From positions 9,327 through 73,326 of the forward strand of contig CAZITL010000006.1 in assembly GCA_964542195.1 (NCBI GenBank): a stretch of 64,000 nucleotides of DNA. Direction: 5' to 3'. This stretch comes from an uncultured Verrucomicrobiales bacterium (GTDB taxonomy: Bacteria; Pseudomonadota; Alphaproteobacteria; Paracaedibacterales; Paracaedibacteraceae). Under the pieces are notes generated by a model that ran no database searches, had not been told where the DNA came from, and saw only the letters and a list, made by a program, of their open reading frames with translations. Numbering within the stretch: the first letter of the stretch is position 1; each line of letters opens with the position of its first letter. Of this stretch, positions 9,514-18,625 are shown piece after piece. The translations under genes and the position numbers were made by a program.

Positions 9514-10746
9514 TTAATACTCGATCTCAAGGCTGGGCCTTACTTGTCGAAGTTTAGCAATAGCCTCTGGGCTCAAAGAGGTATTATTGAGCATAAGGTG
9601 AGTTAGATGCGGTAAATTTTGAATAAGAGAGATGAAGGACTCAACGGCATCATCATCTATGTCGCAATTATATCCTAAATTCAGTCGCTGCCAAGATAAT
9701 TTGGCTTGCGTACCCACAATAAGGGAACTCATTAAGGTGATTCCCCATGACGAGAGGCGATTATAACTCAAACTTAAATAATGAAGATGAGCCAAGTATT
9801 TAACGTCGAGAAGCAAAATTAATTTTGCTAAGGAAGGTTTGGAAATTATAAGGGCCTTTGTGAATTCTTTAAAATTGATCCGCTCATCTGAAATATCACA
9901 GTTGGACAATATTAGATTTTCTAAGGAGCTCGGAAGATTGGCACAAATCTCCGAAAAACCTTCAGGTGTGATTTCAGGGGTGCCGATAGACAAAACGCGT
10001 AAGTATTTTAAGTTAGGCAGTCGTTTAGCTAAAGCTAAGAAACCTTCTTCTCCAATGGGATTATCACTAAGGGATAACGTCGTCAGATGAGGAGAAAGAT
10101 TCAAACTGAGGGTTTTGAGTCCCTCACCTGTAAGTTTGTTGTTGCTTAGGTGTAATTCTTCTGCTTTGCCAAGGGCGGGGAGGATGGGCGGGAGATCCTT
10201 ATCTGTAAGTCGATAATTTTCCATGGAGAGGATTTGGATGCGCGGTAATGCATTCAAAGTAGAGCTGAAAACCTGTGTGTACAGGGGAGGATAACCCTCA
10301 CGGTTAAAATATTTAAAATCATAACTGTCAAAAACTAAAGAAACCAGTCGGTCAGAGGAACCCAGCTTCTTGAGGACCCGTTGAATATCATAAGAGGAGT
10401 ATTGATAAAAGATCACCTGTTGAACAACAGCTTTTATCAAGTGCCACGGGAATTTTCCCACATAACGATACTGAGTTACGGCTAAAGTCACCAGAGGGTA
10501 ATCAGGGTAAGGTATGGTATATCGTAGGAGCCTATCGCATTGCTGTCTTGATAAGTCCTGATGCAGTTTACTTACTGAGGAGGTGGCAACTAACTCTTCA
10601 AGATCTAAAAACGAATAAATATGTTCCTGAAGTTCTCTAGGTAAGTAATGAGTAAAGGCATCGGGCACTTGTCTTAATGGTTCCTGAGCCTTAACCATAG
10701 GGAGAGAAAAAAACACCACTAAAATAAAAGTATAGAGAGTAACCAT
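9514..10746 (-). CDS. F-box-like / RNI-type leucine-rich-repeat protein with N-terminal signal-like leader
   Basis: Leader MVTLYTFILVVFFSLPMVKA. F-box-like motif LPRELQEHIYSFLDLEELVATSSVSKLHQ. C-terminal LRRs (LHLSNNKLTGEGLKTLSLNL, LSLSDNPIGEEGFLALAKRLPNLKYL). Confidence 0.8.
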   Translation of the reverse strand: MVTLYTFILVVFFSLPMVKAQEPLRQVPDAFTHYLPRELQEHIYSFLDLEELVATSSVSKLHQDLSRQQCDRLLRYTIPYPDYPLVTLAVTQYRYVGKFPWHLIKAVVQQVIFYQYSSYDIQRVLKKLGSSDRLVSLVFDSYDFKYFNREGYPPLYTQVFSSTLNALPRIQILSMENYRLTDKDLPPILPALGKAEELHLSNNKLTGEGLKTLSLNLSPHLTTLSLSDNPIGEEGFLALAKRLPNLKYLRVLSIGTPEITPEGFSEICANLPSSLENLILSNCDISDERINFKEFTKALIISKPSLAKLILLLDVKYLAHLHYLSLSYNRLSSWGITLMSSLIVGTQAKLSWQRLNLGYNCDIDDDAVESFISLIQNLPHLTHLMLNNTSLSPEAIAKLRQVRPSLEIEY

Positions 10747-10940
10747 GGATATGTCCTTCTTGATGAGGTTGGGGTTGGTTATTCAAACCGGCTACAAGGC
10801 TAAATTATCATGCGCCCGAATTGTGGAAAACGATAAAAAAAATATAAGAAGGACATTTTTATATTTTGATTTTAAGGTTCTGGACTTGGTAAGTTAAAAC
10901 AAAGAGATCAATAAATAAAAAATTTGAGCCTACGAATTCC

Positions 10941-11597
10941 ATGCCTACGAAGACGCGTAAACCTCAAATTAAGCTGGTTCATTCTTCAGAATTAGTTTAT
11001 GGCAATGGTGAAGAAACGCCTATACTGTTTCCCTCTGAGTCTTGTCAGATTCAGGTGTCTTCCCTAAAGACCGTTACTCTTACTGGAAGCAACAGTAATA
11101 ATCCAGTGGCTGTTTTCACTCAAACCCATGAAACGCCTTGGTTTAATAAACTTCACCTCACACGGCCGCCATTTTTCTTAAGGAAATATCTTAAAAATGA
11201 AGAGCAACAAATTTTCATTTGTCAGCATATGATCCATGAGGATTATAAGTTAAAGATTAACCATAAAGAACTTCAAGAGATCCTATATTTGAAAGCCTGG
11301 ATACAACGGTTTGAAAAGCTTTATCCCTATGCCTATAACCATGGGGCCCAGGGCGTGCTGTTTATGCTTCCGGATCAGGAGTTTGAGTTATTTACCCCGT
11401 TTGAAGAATTGTTTTCTTATATAGCCCCTCATCTGGATATGTATGGGGAGCGAAGTTACTGGTATTTACCAACCGATCAACAGGATTATGATCACTTTTG
11501 TGAGCTTAGTGAAACGATTAACCGAGAAATGGATCAGTTTTTGTGGCGTGAACAGAAGATCAATTCGTGGTTAAGAAGCTTTCTTCAAAAGGTATAG
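10941..11597 (+). CDS. Hypothetical protein
   Basis: 218-aa ORF in an intergenic-sized gap, divergent from the F-box gene. No motif recognised. Confidence 0.45.
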   Translation: MPTKTRKPQIKLVHSSELVYGNGEETPILFPSESCQIQVSSLKTVTLTGSNSNNPVAVFTQTHETPWFNKLHLTRPPFFLRKYLKNEEQQIFICQHMIHEDYKLKINHKELQEILYLKAWIQRFEKLYPYAYNHGAQGVLFMLPDQEFELFTPFEELFSYIAPHLDMYGERSYWYLPTDQQDYDHFCELSETINREMDQFLWREQKINSWLRSFLQKV

Positions 11598-11613
11598 AAT
11601 GTAGTACCGGATA

Positions 11614-11889
11614 ATGGATAGCATAATCTGTATTGCAGCTGATATTGGTGACTCACTGAGTGCAGTTATCGTCAATGATAAAGTAGGTTGTGTTATGGTT
11701 GATAGGAAGATAGCAATTGTTACAACTACTAAATCTAAGAATCAACCAGTTAGGCAAGCAGAAGCTTTAAAACAAAATGGGCTTTTAGGTCGATGGGAAG
11801 TACCAAATTTATCTCAAAAATTGCGAGCTGAAAAGATGTTATATGAGTTGGAAATTAGTAATATTGAGGTCAAGGTAGTATGGAATTAG
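11614..11889 (+). CDS. Small hypothetical protein (first gene of an overlapping pair)
   Basis: 91-aa ORF that overlaps the next ORF by 10 nt. Confidence 0.4.
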   Translation: MDSIICIAADIGDSLSAVIVNDKVGCVMVDRKIAIVTTTKSKNQPVRQAEALKQNGLLGRWEVPNLSQKLRAEKMLYELEISNIEVKVVWN

Positions 11890-12143
11890 ATCTAAATAAA
11901 TCATTAACTAAGACGTTATTAGACATAATAATATGCTTGGAAAATGTAAAAAATGAAGACATTGACGATGATTTTATAATCCAGCTCTTGGAACAAATTT
12001 CTTATAATTTAAATTTATTAAGTAGCTCTGATAAAAATACATTTATTAATATAATAAGAGATTTATCAAATTCATACGTTGAAGAAGAAAAAAACCTAGT
12101 CCTTTCTTTGCCTTATGCATTAGGAATTATCGATGAGATTTGA
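11880..12143 (+). CDS. Small acidic helical hypothetical protein (second gene of the overlapping pair)
   Basis: 87-aa Asp/Glu/Ile/Leu/Asn-rich ORF. The DNA is markedly more AT-rich than the flanks. Confidence 0.4.
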   Translation: MELDLNKSLTKTLLDIIICLENVKNEDIDDDFIIQLLEQISYNLNLLSSSDKNTFINIIRDLSNSYVEEEKNLVLSLPYALGIIDEI

Positions 12144-12246
12144 ATGGTGTGAGAAGGGCCAAATCAATAAAAGATGGGAGTATTCAGGGAACTGTGTCAG
12201 TTTTAACAAATAGTGTATAAAAGCACTAAAAAAAGAAAGAACTGAC

Positions 12247-12735
12247 ATGAGTAAAAAACAAATCATCCCAGGGTTTGATATGGAGACATTTCAAGCTCAA
12301 CTGGTTTCTGACATCAAATCCGGTAAGCCACTAATGGGTCAAGAGGGGGTTCTCACCCCTTTGATTAAACAGTGTTTGGAAGCAGCTCTAGAGGGGGAAA
12401 TGAACTCCCATATGGCAACCTGCCTTGAAGATCCTGAAAATGAGAATCGGCGCAATGGTAAGTCCAGCAAGGTTGTTCGTGGCCCAACAGGGGCGTTTGA
12501 ATTGGAGGTACCTCGGGATCGGGAATCAAGCTTTGAACCTCAGCTTGTCAAGAAACGCCAGACGACGCTAACTGCCTCATTGGATAATAAAATCCTGGCT
12601 TTATACGGCCTTGGCATGAGCTATCAGGATATTGCCAGTCATGTACAGGAACTCTATGGCATAGAAACCTCTCCTGCCACCATTAGTGCCATTACCGATA
12701 AACTTATACCTGTTTTAATGGAATGGCGAATCTGA
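12247..12735 (+). pseudogene. IS256-family (Mutator-type) transposase, N-terminal fragment
   Basis: GVLTPLIKQCLEAALEGEMNSH...RRNGKSSKVV.GPTGAFELEVPRDRESSFEPQLVKKRQ...ILALYGLGMSYQDIASHVQELYG...LMEWR, then a stop. This matches the first ~160 aa of IS256-type transposases. Confidence 0.85.
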
Positions 12736-13052
12736 TGCACGACATATAGCTGAATCTCTGCCCTTGGAAAAGAACCTTGGATGTCCTGGGGAAATCCAGT
12801 TAGGCCATCCATGCACGCCATCAAAATATCTTCAGCTTCCCGCTGCGTGAGATCATTTAACACGCCCAACCAGAAGTTTGTTCCTTCTGATTCAGCTATA
12901 TAGAAGCCGAGGATATCCTTATAGCCCTGTTGGTTAATGCCTAAGATATGGCAGAGAACCTTGGTGACAACCTTACTACTATCTCGGGCTTTAAAATACA
13001 TGGCATCCAAGAAAATAACGGGATAAACGGCTTCCCAAGACTGATCCAACAA
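12654..13052 (-). pseudogene. IS256-family transposase, middle fragment in inverted orientation
   Basis: LDQSWEAVYPVIFLDAMYFKARD...ILGINQQGYKDILGFYIAESEGTNFW..VLNDLTQRE.EDILMACMDGLTGFPQDI...QLYVVHQIRHSIK is the segment that normally follows ...EWR, but here it is on the opposite strand. The homologous part ends near 12735. The C-terminal third is absent. Confidence 0.8.
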
Positions 13053-13537
13053 TGAGTGGCGTCATGTGGAGATTGCTCCTGTTGTGGCCGTTTAAAGCCC
13101 TATGAAGTCCTTAGTAAAACCACAACACCTATAAGTATTGTAACCGCAGATGCGGGAAAATAATCATCATTTTAATGACCTCATTAAAACTCTGGATTGT
13201 TAAATTAATCATACTATTTGGCCAAGGCTTTTTAGTTTTTTATATCAACAAGGTTGGAGGGCATTTTATCAAAGATTGCTCCTTTTGGATTTGATTCTCA
13301 TTCTTTGCGTAAAGTGATTGTCCAATATTTTGGGGTTATTTCTCTTGTTTGCAACCGAATTAGGCACATTCAAAAGATAAGCAAATCCCTGATCCAAAAG
13401 AGATATTCAGCAGTTATGCCTTCAAGTGACGGTTGGATGTTTTCCTAATTCGACCTTTTAGTGGTCCATAAAATTGAGTAACCGATACACACGATTTCTT
13501 TCATAAAGAATCGGTATTTACCAACAAAGGAGTATAT

Positions 13538-14131
13538 ATGATCAAAGCCTGGAATTATTTAATGATGATGACCATAGTGTCTGGCTGTGCTCATCCCCAT
13601 CTTGAATTTAAGGAAGATCCCCTAACAGGTCACTTCAACTGTCGTACCAAATACAACGCCCTTGAAGCGGAAAAAAATGCTCATGAGGGGGAGGTGATTT
13701 TAAAGTATTCCCGGGGTGACCCGCTCAACGCTGCCCCAGGGATCAAAGGGGTTTTAAAAATAACCCATAGAGGCACAAGGGACTATACAATTAATCCCGA
13801 TGAAGAGCTCACCTTACATATTGACGAGATCCCATACTCCCTTGAGGTGGCCAATAGCATTAAAATCCCTCAAAAAGAAATAGAGTCGTATCCTGTAACT
13901 CTTCCTTCAGGAAGGTGGATCTCTATCGGGATTACAAAAGAGATGACCAAAAGACAAATCGCCTTTTTTTTACCCCAAGACCTTTTGCTCAAACTTTCGA
14001 CGGCTAAAACAGCACGTTTTGTAATCATCTCATCTCAAAACTTAGACGGCGCATATCCTATTATTTTGAAGTTTAACCCTGAAAATATTCGCCTAGTTGA
14101 GCAATTTAAAAATAAATGTATCAAGTCCTGA
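13538..14131 (+). CDS. Putative lipoprotein, unknown function
   Basis: Leader with lipobox MMMTIVSG-C. 197 aa. Confidence 0.55.
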   Translation: MIKAWNYLMMMTIVSGCAHPHLEFKEDPLTGHFNCRTKYNALEAEKNAHEGEVILKYSRGDPLNAAPGIKGVLKITHRGTRDYTINPDEELTLHIDEIPYSLEVANSIKIPQKEIESYPVTLPSGRWISIGITKEMTKRQIAFFLPQDLLLKLSTAKTARFVIISSQNLDGAYPIILKFNPENIRLVEQFKNKCIKS

Positions 14132-14151
14132 GCTTAAGAATAGGTAGAGTT

Positions 14152-14913
14152 ATGAAAAAATATAAGACGGTATTAGCGCTTTCCTTAAGTGCTCTTGTTC
14201 TGACAAACTGTGCATCAAGAAAAGACTTTATTCCTTTGCCTGAGAACATGCAAAAAGCCATTGGCAGTACGGAGGCTTATCTTGAAGGACATCACAAAGA
14301 AATGGGTGCGGACATTGAATCATCCCATATCAGTGGGGCCATGGGGGGAGGCCTGTTGTGGGCGCTTATTGACTGTGGAGTCATGGCTTATCGGCAAGGT
14401 CGAGCGAGCGATGCCATGGTTGATATCCAGAAAGAACTGAAAGCTTACAATTTTCAAGACAGTTTTAATCCTAGACTTGAGCATGTTTTAAGGTCAACCG
14501 ATTGGCTTCGGGTAAACCAAATCAATTCTGTTCCAGAACTCAATCCCCAAACTTTGACCAATATTTCAAAAAGAGCCACAAGTGATGTTCTTTTAACCAG
14601 TCGGCTCGTCTATAAACTTAATCCAGATTTTAGTGTTTTAACGGGTACCCTATATTTAACGCTCTATCCGATGAGTGCACATTTGAGAAAGTTAGCTGAA
14701 ACTGAGCAACCTTTAAGCAAACCTATATTTAAAATGCATGTTTCTGCGACATCATCGCTTCCATCCTCTGATAAGAGTATTGAGGAAAGGGGCAAGATGT
14801 GGGCTGAAAATCAGGGGTATTATTTGAAGAAGTCTCTGGATGAAATCACAAATCAAATATTGTCTAATTTACGTCAAACTCTTAAACATCCCAATCACCT
14901 CCCCGAAAGTTGA
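14152..14913 (+). CDS. Putative lipoprotein, unknown function
   Basis: I prefer the ATG at 14152 (MKKYKTVLALSLSALVLTN-C, lipobox) over the track start at 14116. Lies just downstream of the preceding lipoprotein gene. Confidence 0.55.
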   Translation: MKKYKTVLALSLSALVLTNCASRKDFIPLPENMQKAIGSTEAYLEGHHKEMGADIESSHISGAMGGGLLWALIDCGVMAYRQGRASDAMVDIQKELKAYNFQDSFNPRLEHVLRSTDWLRVNQINSVPELNPQTLTNISKRATSDVLLTSRLVYKLNPDFSVLTGTLYLTLYPMSAHLRKLAETEQPLSKPIFKMHVSATSSLPSSDKSIEERGKMWAENQGYYLKKSLDEITNQILSNLRQTLKHPNHLPES

Positions 14914-15161
14914 TTGGAGGAATGGCTGTCTTACATCTGAAGAGTAAGACAGCCTTCTCTTACGTATTTGAGCTTCCGCTCAAAAGCTTGTTCAGCATAG
15001 ATGTGTCTATTCAAATCGGGGTTATTTTTGGGGCATTGGACCTCCCGAATAAAAAACACGTTATCGGGGGTATTTTTACGTTCAGGGTATCGGTGCTTAA
15101 ATCTCTAGCATAACTTCTTAAAGCCTTGACTTTACTGAAAAATAATGCCGTTCATAAGACG

Positions 15162-15196
15162 ATATTCACAAGGTTACACACAGATATTGTGAATAT
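15162..15196. promoter_or_regulatory. Perfect 10-bp inverted repeat ATATTCACAA-N15-TTGTGAATAT upstream of the WGR gene (candidate operator)
   Basis: Read directly from the sequence. The right arm ends 47 nt before the ATG at 15243. Confidence 0.3.
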
Positions 15197-15242
15197 TTTC
15201 CAGATCAAGAATGCATTCCTGTCGTGAATAGGATGAGGTGTC

Positions 15243-15590
15243 ATGCTGAACCAACTAACCATTTACCTTCAAGCGATTCATCCTGAGCAGAATGTTTATC
15301 GCCAGTATGAAATATACATAGGCCAAGATCTATTTGGTTCATGGGTATTGACCACAGCTTATGGAAGAGTAGGTACGGGGCGACATATGAAATCCTATGC
15401 TTTTGACTCTCAACAGGGGATGATCCATAAATTAATGGCGATCATAAAAAAGAGATTATCTTCGTACGCTCGCATTGGCGTCAATTATCACGTCACTAAA
15501 TTCATAGCGAATGATCAGTCGCTTATCCCGGAAGAATTTCTGCAGTTCCTTGAGGAGAGAGGAAGAGAAGGCCAAGGTTTAAGGAGGTAA
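15243..15590 (+). CDS. Stand-alone WGR-domain protein
   Basis: NVYRQYEIYIGQDLFGSWVLTTAYGRVGTGRHMKSYAFDS matches the W..GR.G pattern of WGR domains. 115 aa. Confidence 0.75.
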   Translation: MLNQLTIYLQAIHPEQNVYRQYEIYIGQDLFGSWVLTTAYGRVGTGRHMKSYAFDSQQGMIHKLMAIIKKRLSSYARIGVNYHVTKFIANDQSLIPEEFLQFLEERGREGQGLRR

Positions 15591-15687
15591 GGAATTTAAC
15601 TAAAAAGTAATTTAACTTATAAAAGTTGATTCTTGTACATAATTCATTAAAGAATAAGGATTAGTAATGAACATTTTGTGATCTGAT

Positions 15688-16176
15688 ATGCTAGCTTCAT
15701 TTGTGCACTCTTTAAATGGTGAGGGTTTGCAATCCCAGTATGCTCTTGATCAAACCTTGAGCGAGGTGAGGGTTCCCAGAAACTCTTCGGTTTACCTTAA
15801 TCTTTATTCTAGTCGGGTTCAAGCTGGGTTTCCCTCTCCAGCCGACGACTATGTGGAAAAGACCCTTGACCTTAATGATTATCTCATTAACCATCCCACT
15901 GCTACTTTCTTTGTTTGTGTCTCAGGAGATTCTATGATTGGAGCCGGAATCCATCACCAGGATATTTTGGTCGTGGATCGCTCCTTACAACCCAAAGATA
16001 GAGACATTGTTATTGCGGCCTTGAATGGAGAGTTAACCGTTAAAAGGCTTAAGGTAGGGGAGGCGGGCTATATTTTACGCCCAGAGAACCCTGATTACCC
16101 TGAAATTCCTATTCATGATGAAATAGATTGCTGCATTTGGGGAGTGGTGACTTCGGTCATTCACCGGTTTAGATAG
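15688..16176 (+). CDS. umuD: UmuD-like S24 peptidase (translesion polymerase V accessory subunit)
   Basis: Ala-Gly self-cleavage site in RVQAGFPSPADDY. Ser/Lys dyad (VSGDSMIGAGI ... GELTVKRL). Directly upstream of umuC. Confidence 0.85.
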   Translation: MLASFVHSLNGEGLQSQYALDQTLSEVRVPRNSSVYLNLYSSRVQAGFPSPADDYVEKTLDLNDYLINHPTATFFVCVSGDSMIGAGIHHQDILVVDRSLQPKDRDIVIAALNGELTVKRLKVGEAGYILRPENPDYPEIPIHDEIDCCIWGVVTSVIHRFR

Positions 16177-16184
16177 GTCACCCC

Positions 16185-17450
16185 ATGTTTGGGTTGATGG
16201 ATTGCAATAATTTTTATGCTTCTTGTGAGCGGATATTTCGCCCAGACTTAGAAGATCAACCTGTCGTGGTGTTATCCAATAATGATGGATGTGTGATAGC
16301 CAGATCTAACGAGGTCAAAGCCTTAGGAATTCCCATGGGCGCTCCTTTATTTCAAGTTCAAAACATTCTCCATCAGCATCGAACAACAATCTTCTCTTCT
16401 AACTTTGCTTTGTACGCGGACATTTCCCAACGGGTGATGGGGCTTTTGGAGGCGTTGGTTCCCCATGTCGAAATTTACTCAATTGATGAAGCCTTTATCG
16501 ATTTTTCTGGCATTGCTTCGTTGCAAGAAACAGCCCTTTATATCCGCCAAAAGATCCGGAAGGATATCGGGATTCCCACATGTATAGGGATAGGGAAAAC
16601 CAAACTCTTAGCTAAGATTGCCAATCATGTAGCAAAGAAAAATCCCCAATTCCAGGGCGTGTATGTTTTAGATGAGGAAAATAAAATGAACTCGATCTTA
16701 AATCAGTTAGCAGTAGAAGATTTATGGGGGGTCGGGCGAAGAATTGCAGAACGCCTAAAATCTTACGGGATTCACACAGCGCTTCAACTTAAGGGTCAAG
16801 ATCCGCGGTGGATGCGTCAACATTTTACCGTGACAGGCGAGAGGTTGGTGCTTGAATTAAATGGCATGGCCTGCATCCCTCTTGAATTGGAACTTAAACC
16901 CCGCCAATCAATGCAAGTGACGCGTAGCTTTGCCAAAGGGGTGACATGCTTTGATGTTTTGCGCGAAAATGTGGCTTCATACGCAACGCGTTTGGCTGAA
17001 AAATTAAGGGTTCATAATCTTAAAACCCGCCATATTGTGGTCTATATTCGAACCCATACCTTTAAGAAGAATCAGCGGTACTATCAAAATAGTTTTCTGG
17101 TAACCTTGCCCCATGCCGTCCAAGACGATAGCCGGTTAATCAAAGCCAGTATTCAGGCTTTAGAGAATATCTATAAAGAAGGGTACGTCTATCAAAAGGC
17201 AGGAATCATGGCCTTAGATCTTATTCCTCAAACCATAACCCAATTTAGCTTGTTTGATCAGGAAAATGCTGATAACCCAAAGATTCAAAAACTGACCCAA
17301 GCCATGGATTTGATTAATAAGTGCTATGGTCGGGGTACCACGCACATGGCGGCGTGCGGTAAGCGATTGGTTTGGAAGGATAAGAAGGCTAAAAAGTCCC
17401 CGGCTTATACAACCAGTTGGGCAGATCTTCCAAAAGTTCATGCTAAGTAA
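16185..17450 (+). CDS. umuC: UmuC, Y-family DNA polymerase V catalytic subunit
   Basis: MFGLMDCNNFYASCERIFRPDL..PVVVLSNNDGCVIARSNEVKALGI, SIDEAFIDF and LWGVGRRIAERL. Confidence 0.92.
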   Translation: MFGLMDCNNFYASCERIFRPDLEDQPVVVLSNNDGCVIARSNEVKALGIPMGAPLFQVQNILHQHRTTIFSSNFALYADISQRVMGLLEALVPHVEIYSIDEAFIDFSGIASLQETALYIRQKIRKDIGIPTCIGIGKTKLLAKIANHVAKKNPQFQGVYVLDEENKMNSILNQLAVEDLWGVGRRIAERLKSYGIHTALQLKGQDPRWMRQHFTVTGERLVLELNGMACIPLELELKPRQSMQVTRSFAKGVTCFDVLRENVASYATRLAEKLRVHNLKTRHIVVYIRTHTFKKNQRYYQNSFLVTLPHAVQDDSRLIKASIQALENIYKEGYVYQKAGIMALDLIPQTITQFSLFDQENADNPKIQKLTQAMDLINKCYGRGTTHMAACGKRLVWKDKKAKKSPAYTTSWADLPKVHAK

Positions 17451-17657
17451 GTGAATGAGATCAGGATGATTAATTAATGCGGGCTGAATTGACAGCTGGG
17501 CTAACAGGATAAAAGGAAAGGGTGGTCTATTGTGCCTGTCAGAAAATAGCTTAGAAATGGTCAAAGCCCCTTAACAATTGGGCCTTGAGCATCTCACAGC
17601 TTGATGTTTATTTTCAAGGCAGACTCAAAATTGATCTTTTGTCCTGAGTCATGACAC

Positions 17658-17766
17658 AGTTAATTCAACCATACGCGTCAAGTTAAGATAAAAGCGAAAA
17701 TCAACTTTCCTTTTTCTAAATTTAATCACCTAATGTCCTTAACTTGACGCGTATAGTTAATTGAAC
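17658..17766. repeat. MITE-like element: 17-bp perfect terminal inverted repeats around a 50-nt core, flanked by a 12-bp near-identical direct repeat
   Basis: IR-L ATACGCGTCAAGTTAAG (17671-17687). IR-R CTTAACTTGACGCGTAT (17738-17754). Flanking AGTTAATTCAAC (17658-17669) and AGTTAATTGAAC (17755-17766). Confidence 0.45.
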
Positions 17767-18621
17767 AATCTCGACTCTTTCATTGCATTCTTTTCCTCAT
17801 CAGGCGGAATGATTGCACTCGGTCTAGCCTCATTACTATTTACCTTTCACATAGATTGGCGCTATGCTTTTTGGATTGGTGCAGCCATATCTTCCATCGG
17901 ATTTTATGCACGAACTCGACTTCGTGAAACCCCGGAATTTTTGCATATGAAGTCTCAGAAAAATAATAAAAGGTCGCAAGCACCGTTAGATATATCCATT
18001 AATAAGGCTACCATGCTGGGGTACTTTTTAATCTCTTGTGGGTTTCCGGCTTGTTTTTATTTAGCGTACATCCACTTTGGAAACATTCTAAAGACTCGCT
18101 ATGGGTATACCTCAGAACAATTGATCCATCATAATTTTCTTCTTTCCATTCTTCACTGCGGTAGTTTTTTGGTTTACACCTTGTGCAGTTATAAAATTCA
18201 TCCTTTAAAACTCCTTAGATTCAGGCTATGGATTTTTCTCCCAACCATTCTCTTTTATCCTTATTGGTTGGACATTATAAGCTCACCAGCAGAGCTTTTG
18301 GTCTTTCAAGGGATTATCATGTGTTTTGGTGTTATGGATGTGCCTGCGGCAGGGGTCATGTTAACGCATTTCCCTGTTGTAAAGAGATTTACCAGCACCG
18401 GTCTTTTGTATGCGTTTTCCCGCATTGCCATATACATTTTAACATCTTTTGGGTTTGTTTATCTCACTGAGATGATGAATCATTGGGGCGTGTGGTTCTT
18501 AATGGTTCTTTTGTCTATCGGATTTGCCTGGGCGATAAAACATTTCGAGAGGTTAGAAGGACTCACCTCTCCATCTCTGAACATCTCATTTGAGGATCTA
18601 AAAAAGCCACATTTGGAGTAA
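17761..18621 (+). pseudogene. 5'-truncated MFS (MHS/ProP-like) transporter paralog, C-terminal half only
   Basis: Begins at the equivalent of TM6 (IDWRYAFWIGAAISSIGFYARTRLRETPEF). This aligns with WRYVFFLGSGIAVLGMIARTKLKETPEF of the intact 440-aa paralog at 45104..46426. About 150 N-terminal residues are missing. The only start is a TTG inside the flanking repeat. Confidence 0.6.
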
Positions 18622-18625
18622 CATA

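Noticed and set aside
13018-13056. By hand count, the G-run near 13020-13023 seemed one G longer than the reading frame of the ORF-track entry 12654..13052 allows.
   Set aside because: This is most likely my own counting error on the printed sequence. I defer to the computed ORF track. The locus is a pseudogene fragment either way.
13254-15113. Small intergenic or nested ORFs at 13254..13448, 14210..14440 and 14910..15113.
   Set aside because: They have alternative start codons only or are nested in another frame of the lipoprotein gene. There are no supporting features.
15669-15683. GAACATTTTGTGATC just upstream of umuD as a possible alpha-type LexA box (GAAC-N7-GAAC), together with a search for CTGT-N8-ACAG.
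   Set aside because: One half-site is mismatched and the sequence overlaps the expected ribosome-binding region. No CTGT-N8-ACAG was found between 15591 and 15687. SOS control therefore cannot be claimed from sequence.
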